Origin: an uncultured Tissierellia bacterium
GTDB taxonomy: Bacteria; Bacillota; Clostridia; Tissierellales; Peptoniphilaceae
Direction: 5' to 3'
NCBI GenBank assembly: GCA_947278105.1
Contig: CAMYOR010000001.1
Location: forward strand, 1-27,092
Length of the DNA stretch: 27,092 bases
Shown here: positions 17,301 to 23,022 of the stretch, one piece after another
How the letters are laid out: every line of letters starts with the position of its first letter
Position numbering within the stretch: position 1 is the stretch's first letter
Made by a program: the position numbers and the translations under genes
Notes under the pieces: generated by a model
Told to the model about the DNA's origin: nothing
Databases searched by the model: none
Seen by the model: the letters and a program-made list of their open reading frames with translations, nothing else

Positions 17301-19892
17301 AAAGTTAAATAAATTACTATTCGCTATTTCCGTAAGGGCGGGGAGGGTTACCGTCTCCAGCTTATAACAGGATTCAAACAAATTTCCCCCTTCCATTTTC
17401 GTTAGAGCGGGAAAATTCACCTCTGTTAATTTTGTCTCAGCAAATGTTGAGCCCCCATTTTCAATTTTATTAAGGACAGGCATGGTCAGGGTCTCTAATT
17501 GAATTAAGCCATCAAACGTGTTCCCCCCCGAAATCTCCGTCAAGGCAGGAAAGCTAAGCGCCTTCAAGGCGGGTTCTTCAGGATACGTAAACTTAAACGT
17601 AGAATCTCCAATGATCGTCTTTAACTTCGGAAAATCCGTCGTCTCTAAGGCGATGCAGCCTTTAAATGTTTCATTGCCGGTGATCGCCTCTAACTTTGGA
17701 AAATCCAGCCTTGTCAAGGCGGAACAGCTATTAAAAGTACTGTTGCCTTCAAGGGTCCTTAACGCCGGCAGGTTTGCTGTTTTCAAGGAGGTGCATGACT
17801 GAAAAGTGCGGTTCTCATTAATATTGTTTAACGAAGGAAAGGACACCAGGTCCAATTGGGAGCACTTGGTAAATGCGCCTTCATTTTGCTTGACTACTTG
17901 ATTATTTTGATTGGTAAAGGTTCCGTTATCATCCTGGGGTTTTTCTCCTACCACAATTTTTTCCACCCCGTTTGCCACAACGTTTTTTAAATTCATAGAA
18001 GAAGCAAAGGCCGCTGATTCGATGGTTTTTACCTCGGCCGGAATAACCAGGCTTTCAATGGACGAACCATAAAATGCCCCCTGGCCGACCGCATTTACCG
18101 GCTTTCCCGCATAATTTGTTTGCGGCAGATATAGGTTTTTATTGGTTTTAAGCTTTTCCAAGCCCGCAGCTGAAAAGCCCACTACATAATTCCCATCGTT
18201 ATTATCAACGGCTCCCGTTCCAGATTTTGAAAAAATAAAATCGCCGACGGTCCAGCCGCCGCCCACTTCTACTGCTGGTCCGTTCGCAACAACAGTCACG
18301 GGAGCTGCCACCGTTTTTGACATTCCCGATGCGTCTGTGACGGAGTAATAGACCGTGAGAGTGCCAATATGACTGGTATCTACTGTTTCCGGACTTACGG
18401 TTACTTTATCTTTTAGATCCTTTCCTCTTGCATCCCTTGCCAGCTCAACATAAGAGAGCAGCTTCGCCTTATCGACTGTTTCGTTTTGCGCAAGGCTGAT
18501 CGTGCCAATTTCAAGCGTAGGCTCTTTGCATTTTGTATAATTGATGGTTAATTCGTAATACTCATTCTCGCTAACTTCCGGGGTAAATACATACTCATCT
18601 TCCTCCGGCATATATCCAAAAATTTTTTCAGGAATATACGTTTGCTCAACGCCCGCCTCAAACACTTCCCCCGGGTTCGAGAGATCATTTCCTAAAATTT
18701 TGCTGGCGATCAGTTTTTGTCCGGTGGCTTTGTCAATAAAATTTACTTTTATCTGAACAGGATTAACGATATAGCCAAAATGATCCGGGGTCGTCACGGA
18801 TTTAACAATATTATTTTTTGTAATGATTTTGACATAGCGGTTATTGTCGAGGAAGACATTTTGTCCAAAGAAAGTCACCGTATCCGGAATATTGACTTCC
18901 ACTAAGTCGTTATTGCGAAAGGCTTCGTCATCAATTCTTTCAACCTTGCCTAGGTTTAGCGTTTGTAATTTGTTGTTTCGAAAGGAAGATATTCCAATCG
19001 TTTTCACGGTGTCCGGCAGTGTTAGATCTTTAAGGAGGTTATTACGAAAGGCTCCTTCTTCAATTTCCCCCAGAACCTGATTGGCAGGATCAAAATTTAT
19101 CTTATTGATTTCATTATCCGAAAACGCGTATTTTCCAATTTTTTGGACATTTTTTCCCATGTTGACTTCTTTGATTCCCTTGTTCTGAAAAACATGGGCG
19201 TCAATGGTTATTACATTATCTGGGATGGTTAAGACGCCGGTAAAACCAAGGGGCTTATTCCATTTTGTTAAAAGGCCGTTTGCATCGATCACAAATTCCG
19301 GCTCATTGCCTCCTCTCATCGGGGGACTCTTAGCTGGCGTTTTCGAAGATGCCTTGCCCGAGTCGAAAAGATGGTCAAGGTTGAGCTGATTAAGGTTTAG
19401 TTTATCAAGATTCAGTTTATCTAAGGGCAGACTATCTTTATTGATATTATTTAATTTCGATTTATCCAGTTTGAGCTTGTCTAAATCTGGCTTTTCGATA
19501 TTGAGCTTGTCCAGATTTGCTTTATCGAGATTCAGTTTATCCAGACCTGATTTATCAAGATTCAGTTTATCCAGATTAGATTTGTCGAGATTCAGTTGAT
19601 CCAGATTAAGCTTGTCAAGATTAAGCTGATCCAGATTCAAAAGGGACTTTCCTTTTTTATCTGATGGATCCCCTTTGCTTTTCTTGATATAGGATTTGCT
19701 GTCTTTGTTTTGTTCAACAAGCGCAGAAAGATCGTCGGAAAACTTTTTAAAAGCATCCATAAACGAATCTGCCTTTTCTTTCGTGGGCTTTCCCACCGTA
19801 AAGCCTGCTGCATAGGCCGGCCCGCTAAAAGAAAGCAGCAGCATAAGAGCTAATAGAAATGCAAAAATTCGACTCCACTTCTTCGGTTGCAT
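11304..19892 (-). CDS. Giant sortase-anchored surface protein (2862 aa): signal peptide, pentapeptide repeats, BspA-like LRR blocks, MucBP/Ig-like modules, about 6 CnaB/SpaA-like domains, LPSSG sorting signal
   Basis: Signal peptide ending AYA; repeats of the type LTLPDTVKTIGISSF and FPxLxxIxGxxTF; E-box-like YxLxETxAPxGY motifs; C-terminal LPSSG, hydrophobic helix and basic tail. Confidence 0.9.
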   Translation of the reverse strand: MQPKKWSRIFAFLLALMLLLSFSGPAYAAGFTVGKPTKEKADSFMDAFKKFSDDLSALVEQNKDSKSYIKKSKGDPSDKKGKSLLNLDQLNLDKLNLDQLNLDKSNLDKLNLDKSGLDKLNLDKANLDKLNIEKPDLDKLKLDKSKLNNINKDSLPLDKLNLDKLNLNQLNLDHLFDSGKASSKTPAKSPPMRGGNEPEFVIDANGLLTKWNKPLGFTGVLTIPDNVITIDAHVFQNKGIKEVNMGKNVQKIGKYAFSDNEINKINFDPANQVLGEIEEGAFRNNLLKDLTLPDTVKTIGISSFRNNKLQTLNLGKVERIDDEAFRNNDLVEVNIPDTVTFFGQNVFLDNNRYVKIITKNNIVKSVTTPDHFGYIVNPVQIKVNFIDKATGQKLIASKILGNDLSNPGEVFEAGVEQTYIPEKIFGYMPEEDEYVFTPEVSENEYYELTINYTKCKEPTLEIGTISLAQNETVDKAKLLSYVELARDARGKDLKDKVTVSPETVDTSHIGTLTVYYSVTDASGMSKTVAAPVTVVANGPAVEVGGGWTVGDFIFSKSGTGAVDNNDGNYVVGFSAAGLEKLKTNKNLYLPQTNYAGKPVNAVGQGAFYGSSIESLVIPAEVKTIESAAFASSMNLKNVVANGVEKIVVGEKPQDDNGTFTNQNNQVVKQNEGAFTKCSQLDLVSFPSLNNINENRTFQSCTSLKTANLPALRTLEGNSTFNSCSALTRLDFPKLEAITGNETFKGCIALETTDFPKLKTIIGDSTFKFTYPEEPALKALSFPALTEISGGNTFDGLIQLETLTMPVLNKIENGGSTFAETKLTEVNFPALTKMEGGNLFESCYKLETVTLPALTEIANSNLFNFCGKLTTLNLPALERISGNNVFYSCKMLPKRLDFPKLKEITGKDILRNTGQYGSIGNFFEIYGDPSVAMECRENWVLNPKTDPSLGTEITDEDIRWKDKNAGIMEGLTNTGMMKLNNAGGHLVLPSTVKSFSEKTFFDWTLLKSIKGDGVEKIEANSVFESCKNLTSVSFPSLKKINGLDVFKNAKDLTTVSLPALQSVSSAGDPFGGNLFYGCSALTEVSFPALTTIIGNSTFGECQSLTKASLPALKSIVGNKTFYMDQKLSEVDLSSLESLLGDQTFYDCQALTKLSFPALQSLGDASHSGEQSFANCNHLKVLETPNLKTVYGENLFPGDAGGPVPLEKWVISDALMNETYKAEHPGDFSKMLDSLMYKNDGSWTYPPNKCIIYTVNRTNPNGFNGETDRYILNPSQITFHYINEEGEELYPSKTVEVGMENSYTPAFYPEIPGYKTPPIQSVDLSGNPPKIDVQVIYHKYTESDINTYNERTGKIGFRQYYQQPGVEKYKIGDPMTSRVSFKISGYAAELSGGKIKIYFDTDVVDPSNISWDKPDLVDSIDVDQEKGVLTVNLKNMQGGDDIDFPITWHFKKFVTPQDTPYPWVAKIFGNNGDLFTIADPLTFTGYYNNPVFQKKHPGGFYGYVETTEFDQDGGLKREEKLIYTFDLSQLERNIGEFEITDILPTYTNKEGQLLTAEFVPEENPLWVLSADKKTVTYIGDAKNSTDLEMPALVLRVPGAREFANIQNTAKLRLHPYGATQYEKDMNLAARAVHYYCRPLASGEIIKKKISMPHMSPIEGQAYFYDVNQERNLEFQWNIYFNFDGTKIEKNDRAEWKIKDFNLDNRMYYTGIEVPDFLRGAKISLYENNTKLYEQILDNSDRFTIPEPLQRRVSSIALSQKNGLENLTMTRFSVYTKLRDPDALRFDETPNSTGNEFPNELQVDVVQKSGNTQTYSDRDSLALRKFDQIVKVSKDTTFRNDAGPNNPLKPGESGSYLLRVQKVSDLIEEPLKDFELIDLLPKGLGIKEITLSDEFKQSVTHRCEIQENYMGTGQTAVIFRSDNLALSYPERILVKGAYGEFSNIAEIKVQIDETVAEGDLKNEAFLWISNQKVTLANPEADPRLGPKEWSKDSVTRPVVRAKQLIGRKYISKDKNYWSKEGIVTDSLDPFWYKLSVINNTDHERKNNVIIDILPFNGDTAMVEDQQGNRVPRGSEFSNTFDPARAVEVPPGYQIKYLNEQVPPFTGKLEDAEGTWNWQDQPSQATTAIKVSAENNTSLGSQESLDILIPMKAPDNQALSLSGKRAYNTFARKDDITTSFLEPNRVYNEMSTPTGTVSLTKKGWKSLTEKVNLQGAVFGLWDQAGNFIEQKETDVNGQLSFTISDLSKDYEIREIKAPDGYKKIDQVYPVKGADLLARPGYQIDLGEIIDPKSWTPLEPIKGNLKLHKVDKENAPLVAVCFHLQGLDKWNKYIDRKGWTDQNGDLTFEDLEHGQYRLTEIPYNSLTPMSEKTVSIHQGENSLPENGGTITNDKGRLHLVKLGILDDKSGKPVINLGPSDGITGSELQGAKFELYQGTVKVADLTADAQGEIIYDNLDLDTVYTLRETTAPAGYDTYQGDINFKIDKTGRLLTAGGENFPTNNLYVPDLRTKLKSIVIVTKKDENGNLLAGAKFGLYKKNNNNEFELIDQETADVNGKAQFVDLSGGIYQLKEETAPLGYFLSNEVKTFTVDDYQTKTFEYEYTDKILKQRIRKISYLGKNLTEEQANNIIASEPSAVKEKNGDFYDVYLPLAGVTFKLKDSASSQILGTYTTGQDGILPIDPMTLDTSKNYELIETQAPNGYEPKISPILLNLKDQSLLTGFDGTFNITIENRPIKGRITVSKFKNKDKEPLAGVTFALMDENEEIIKTAISDNSGDAHFDDLPLGTYKIKETKVPSGYVLNSEVKTVVLDNEDRVKFVSFYNDSVELPSSGLHKNQIVFLFMTALLTGGAYLLSSKRTNKFFDLS
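19371..19640 (-). repeat. 18 tandem pentapeptide (15-bp) units, consensus LNLDK
   Basis: aa 85-174: LNLDQ LNLDK LNLDQ LNLDK SNLDK ... LNLNQ LNLDH. Confidence 0.92.
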
Positions 19893-20060
19893 CCTTACTT
19901 CATCTCCATTTCAAATTCAAACTCTTGTTTAAGCCTATATAAGAATGTTTTTATGGTCTGCAATAATAGGTTGCTCATTTCTTAATTTTGCTTTTTTCAG
20001 TTGTTTCTTATTGATTCTTTGATTATCTGGAAGGCTATTTCACCAGATACATTATTTACC

Positions 20061-20089
20061 ATTATACTCCGCATTTAGACAAATGTTAA
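20061..20089 (-). promoter_or_regulatory. Candidate sigma-A promoter of the surface protein-sortase operon
   Basis: TTAACA (20089-20084), 17-nt spacer, TATAAT (20066-20061). Confidence 0.55.
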
Positions 20090-20107
20090 AATTATATGGT
20101 CAAGAAT

Positions 20108-20149
20108 AAAAAAAGCCGGCATCTCCGCTTACTTTTGAAATGCCAGCTT
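20108..20149 (-). terminator. Rho-independent terminator of the EF-G2 gene
   Basis: 11-bp stem GCTGGCATTTC/GAGATGCCGGC (with G-U pairs) followed by T7. Confidence 0.75.
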
Positions 20150-20199
20150 AATTGGATTTAAATTGTCAAGATTGTTCTTTTTTCGCTAATAAATAAAAA

Positions 20200-22263
20200 T
20201 TATTCTTCAGCTTCTTTCTTGGATTCTTCAATGATCTTTTCTGCAATTTCATTGGGGGCCTGTTCATAGGCCTTAAATTCCATTGTGAAGGAGCCCCGGC
20301 CCTGGGTCATCGACCGTAGGTCAATGGCGTATTCGGTGATTTCGGCATAGGGGGCCTCGGCGTTGACGACCTGGTTTCCGCTCGCATCCTGTTCCATTCC
20401 CAGGATTCGGCCCCGGCGCTTATTCATATCTCCCATGACATCGCCGAGATAGGCATCGGGAATGGTGATCTTGAGGGCCATGACCGGCTCAAGAAGGACG
20501 GGCTTTGCCTTGGGCAGACCATTTTTGAAGGCCAGCTTTGCCGCCAGCTTAAAGGCCATTTCATTGGAGTCGACCGGGTGGTAGGACCCATCGTAGAGGA
20601 CGGCGCGAAGGCCGGTGACGGGATAGCCTGCCAGGGGGCCGGATTCCAGAGACTCTTCAAGACCTTTTTGTACGGCGGGGAAGTAGTTCTTGGGGACGGA
20701 GCCGCCGAAGACTTCTTCTGCAAACTCAAAGCCTTCTTCAATGGGCTCAAAGCGGACCCAGACATCGCCAAACTGTCCCGCGCCGCCGGTCTGTTTTTTA
20801 TGGCGGCCCTGGACCTCGGAGGTGCCTCGGATGGTCTCACGGTAAGGGATAATCAGGGGGACCCGGTGGACATGGACATCGTAATCGGAGGCCAGGCGGC
20901 TGATCATGGATTCCAGCTGGACGTTCCCCAGGCCCGAGATCAGGAGCTGCTTGGTTTCCTGATTGTTTTCAATGGCGAAGGTCGGATCTTCCTGAGCAAG
21001 CTTTGCCAGGGACTGACTCATTTTGTCTTCGTCTCCCTTGGAATCGGCGACAATGGCGAAGGTAAGGGTTGGCTCGGGAAGCTTCATTGGCTTATAGACC
21101 ACCGGCTTTGCGGGATCAGAGAGGGTATCTCCGGTCTCGGTCTTTTCGAGCTTGGAAAGGGCTCCGATATCGCCGGCTACGATTTCGCTTGTTTCAATCT
21201 GTTCCTTGCCGCGGAGGAAAAACATTCCGGCGGGTCTTTCCTTGATTTTTTTGGTCGCATTATAGACCTCGCCTTTGGCAAGGGTGCCGGAGAGGACTTT
21301 GAGATAGGAAATCTTGCCCACATAGGGGTCAATGGAGGTCTTAAAGACGGCCGCGCTCACAGGAGAAGCGGGATCCATGGGCTGGGCTTCGCCTTCCAGA
21401 ACGCGGAAACCGGAGTTGGCATCGGCATTATCCGGTGCGGGCAGGTATTGGGTGATGGCGTCTAAAAGAAGGTCGGCGCCGGCGCCGGTGGAGGCGCAGC
21501 CGGCGATCAGGGGAACCGCCAGGCCCGTTGTAATGGCCTTGGTCATGCCCTTGCGGACTTCTTCTTCGGTGAATTCTTCCCCCTCAAAATATTTTTCCAT
21601 CAGGGTGTCATCGGACATGGCGATGACTTCAACCAATTCCTCATAAGCGGCTTGGATTTCTTCCTGGCGGCCATCGGGAATCGAAATTTCTTCGGCTTTG
21701 TTTCCATTGTATTTGTAGGCCTTCCGGTCCATGATGTCGATCAGGCCCTCAAAGCTTTCTCCGGATCCGATGGTCAGGGTTAAGGGAAGAACCTTCTTGC
21801 CAAATTGCTGGTGGAGTTCGGAAATTCTTTCGTTAAAGTTGACGTGCGGCTTATCCATCTTGTTCAGGAAGATAATGCGGGGAAGGCTGATCTTTTCGGT
21901 ATAATTCCAATAAATTTCACTTCCGACCTCGATGCCGGCGGAAGCGTCAATGACCATCAAAGCGCTTTCTGCGGTTTTAAGGGCGGTTAAAACCTGGCTG
22001 GCAAAGTCGAAGTAACCGGGGGCGTCCAAAAGATTCACTTTTTTGTTTTTCCATTCCACCGGCAAAAGGCTCAGGCTGATGGAAATGGCCCGGTCGATTT
22101 CTTCTTTTGTAAAGTCGGAAACGGTCGATCCGTTTTCGATCTTTCCGGGACGTTGAATGGCTCCGGTCAAGTAAAGGAGCGCTTCCGTCAGACTGGTTTT
22201 TCCGGAACCGCTGTGGCCCACCAGGGCGACGTTTCGGATATCACTGGTTTTATATTTTTTCAT
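20200..22263 (-). CDS. fusA2: Elongation factor G paralogue (EF-G2 type)
   Basis: EF-G domain motifs (YRETI, KKQTGGAGQFGDV, GSYHPVDSNEMAF, LRSMTQGRG) with divergent G motifs GHSGSGKT, RAISI, DAPGY, NKMD; not in an rpsL-rpsG-tuf operon. Confidence 0.9.
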   Translation of the reverse strand: MKKYKTSDIRNVALVGHSGSGKTSLTEALLYLTGAIQRPGKIENGSTVSDFTKEEIDRAISISLSLLPVEWKNKKVNLLDAPGYFDFASQVLTALKTAESALMVIDASAGIEVGSEIYWNYTEKISLPRIIFLNKMDKPHVNFNERISELHQQFGKKVLPLTLTIGSGESFEGLIDIMDRKAYKYNGNKAEEISIPDGRQEEIQAAYEELVEVIAMSDDTLMEKYFEGEEFTEEEVRKGMTKAITTGLAVPLIAGCASTGAGADLLLDAITQYLPAPDNADANSGFRVLEGEAQPMDPASPVSAAVFKTSIDPYVGKISYLKVLSGTLAKGEVYNATKKIKERPAGMFFLRGKEQIETSEIVAGDIGALSKLEKTETGDTLSDPAKPVVYKPMKLPEPTLTFAIVADSKGDEDKMSQSLAKLAQEDPTFAIENNQETKQLLISGLGNVQLESMISRLASDYDVHVHRVPLIIPYRETIRGTSEVQGRHKKQTGGAGQFGDVWVRFEPIEEGFEFAEEVFGGSVPKNYFPAVQKGLEESLESGPLAGYPVTGLRAVLYDGSYHPVDSNEMAFKLAAKLAFKNGLPKAKPVLLEPVMALKITIPDAYLGDVMGDMNKRRGRILGMEQDASGNQVVNAEAPYAEITEYAIDLRSMTQGRGSFTMEFKAYEQAPNEIAEKIIEESKKEAEE

Positions 22264-22480
22264 GGTTCCTCCTGATAAGATGTATTTCTTAAAGCCCTAA
22301 AACGCCGCGGATGGGACTTCCGCACCGTCTCTGCTAAAAAGATTCAATGATTTTTTTATTATATCAATCCGTGCTTTGCCCTTCAAGGATTCTGCTTATA
22401 GGGGGCGAAATTTCCTTTTGGCCGGATTGTCATAAAAATGATGAATGAAAATATCGAGGAATGGCAATGAAAAAAGGTCT

Positions 22481-22509
22481 TTGAAAAGAATCATTTTATT
22501 GTATAGAAT
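22481..22509 (+). promoter_or_regulatory. Sigma-A promoter upstream of the interrupted tRNA-Arg
   Basis: TTGAAA, 17-nt spacer, TAGAAT. Confidence 0.65.
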
Positions 22510-22548
22510 AAGAACCATTCCCGGTTGAATGACCGGAAAGATTCATCG

Positions 22549-22589
22549 GCAGCATTAGCTCAGTCGGATAGAGCGTCTCCCTCCTAAGG
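22549..22589 (+). pseudogene. 5' half of a tRNA-Arg(CCT), interrupted just after the anticodon loop (putative att junction)
   Basis: GCAGCAT-TA-GCTC-AGTCGGATA-GAGC-G-TCTCC-CTCCTAA-GG, then divergence (GGAGA expected); no T arm and no 3' acceptor strand. Confidence 0.85.
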
Positions 22590-22629
22590 TTGCGTTACAA
22601 CGGTCACCTCAAAAAAACTAAATAAGGGA

Positions 22630-22658
22630 TTGCAGTTCGATTTTGATCGGGCTATAAT
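22630..22658 (+). promoter_or_regulatory. Element-borne sigma-A promoter for the tRNA cassette
   Basis: TTGCAG, 17-nt spacer, TATAAT, 14 nt before the second tRNA-like sequence. Confidence 0.7.
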
Positions 22659-22672
22659 CACATATCAGACAC

Positions 22673-22731
22673 GTCCATATAGCTCAGCTGGATAGAGCAC
22701 ACGCCTCCTAAGCGGCAGGTCGTTCGAATCC
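22673..22731 (+). pseudogene. Degenerate tRNA-Arg(CCT) relic
   Basis: Intact D arm and CTCCTAA loop; anticodon stem has only 3 of 5 pairs; T loop TTCGAAT present but T stem collapsed; no complement to GTCCATA. Confidence 0.8.
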
Positions 22732-22754
22732 AAAAGCCGCATAAAATTGAATAT

Positions 22755-22831
22755 GTCCCAGTACCTCAGTTGGATAGAGGGTTCGCCTCCTAAGCGAAAC
22801 GCCGCGCGTTCGAGTCGCGCCTGGGACGCCA
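22755..22831 (+). tRNA. tRNA-Arg(CCT), complete, with encoded CCA
   Basis: Acceptor GTCCCAG/CTGGGAC; D stem CCTC/GAGG with A20; anticodon stem TTCGC/GCGAA with loop CTCCTAA; T stem GCGCG/CGCGC with loop TTCGAGT; G73-CCA; 77 nt. Confidence 0.96.
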
Positions 22832-22839
22832 GACAATCC

Positions 22840-22877
22840 GCTGCAAGCCTTTGTTTTCAAGGGTTTGCAGCTTTTTT
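22840..22877 (+). terminator. Rho-independent terminator after tRNA-Arg
   Basis: Long stem GCTGCAAGCCTTTG/CAAGGGTTTGCAGC followed by T6. Confidence 0.8.
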
Positions 22878-22955
22878 GTTGGTCTCATGGGCTCAATGCA
22901 TCTTGTCCTGCCGCCCGGAGGCGGCCTATGAATAAACTTTTGCTGCGATGTATAT

Positions 22956-23022
22956 TTTGCTAATTGGAGATGAACGAAAATCGAAGGCTTGCTAAGAATT
23001 TTGGCTCATTTGCTAATTGGAG
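22956..23022. repeat. 14-bp direct repeat TTTGCTAATTGGAG (two copies) plus a partial copy; candidate integrase arm sites
   Basis: Copies at 22956-22969 and 23009-23022; TTGCTAA at 22989-22995. Confidence 0.6.

Noticed and set aside
19371..19640. 15-bp repeats as CRISPR, iterons or a diversity-generating retroelement
   Set aside because: Coding repeats with synonymous variation; no spacers, rep gene or reverse transcriptase in the window.
20578..21465. 295-aa antisense ORF
   Set aside because: Mirror frame of fusA2 caused by codon bias.
20200..22263. TetM/TetO ribosomal protection gene carried by the element
   Set aside because: Motifs fit EF-G2, composition is host-like, and it lies outside the proposed att junction.
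22549..22831. Intron-containing or split tRNA joining the first half to a later 3' half
   Set aside because: The acceptor and anticodon stems of the first half have no complements downstream, and no group I intron core is visible.
22747..22935. 62-aa ORF
   Set aside because: Overlaps the complete tRNA and its terminator.
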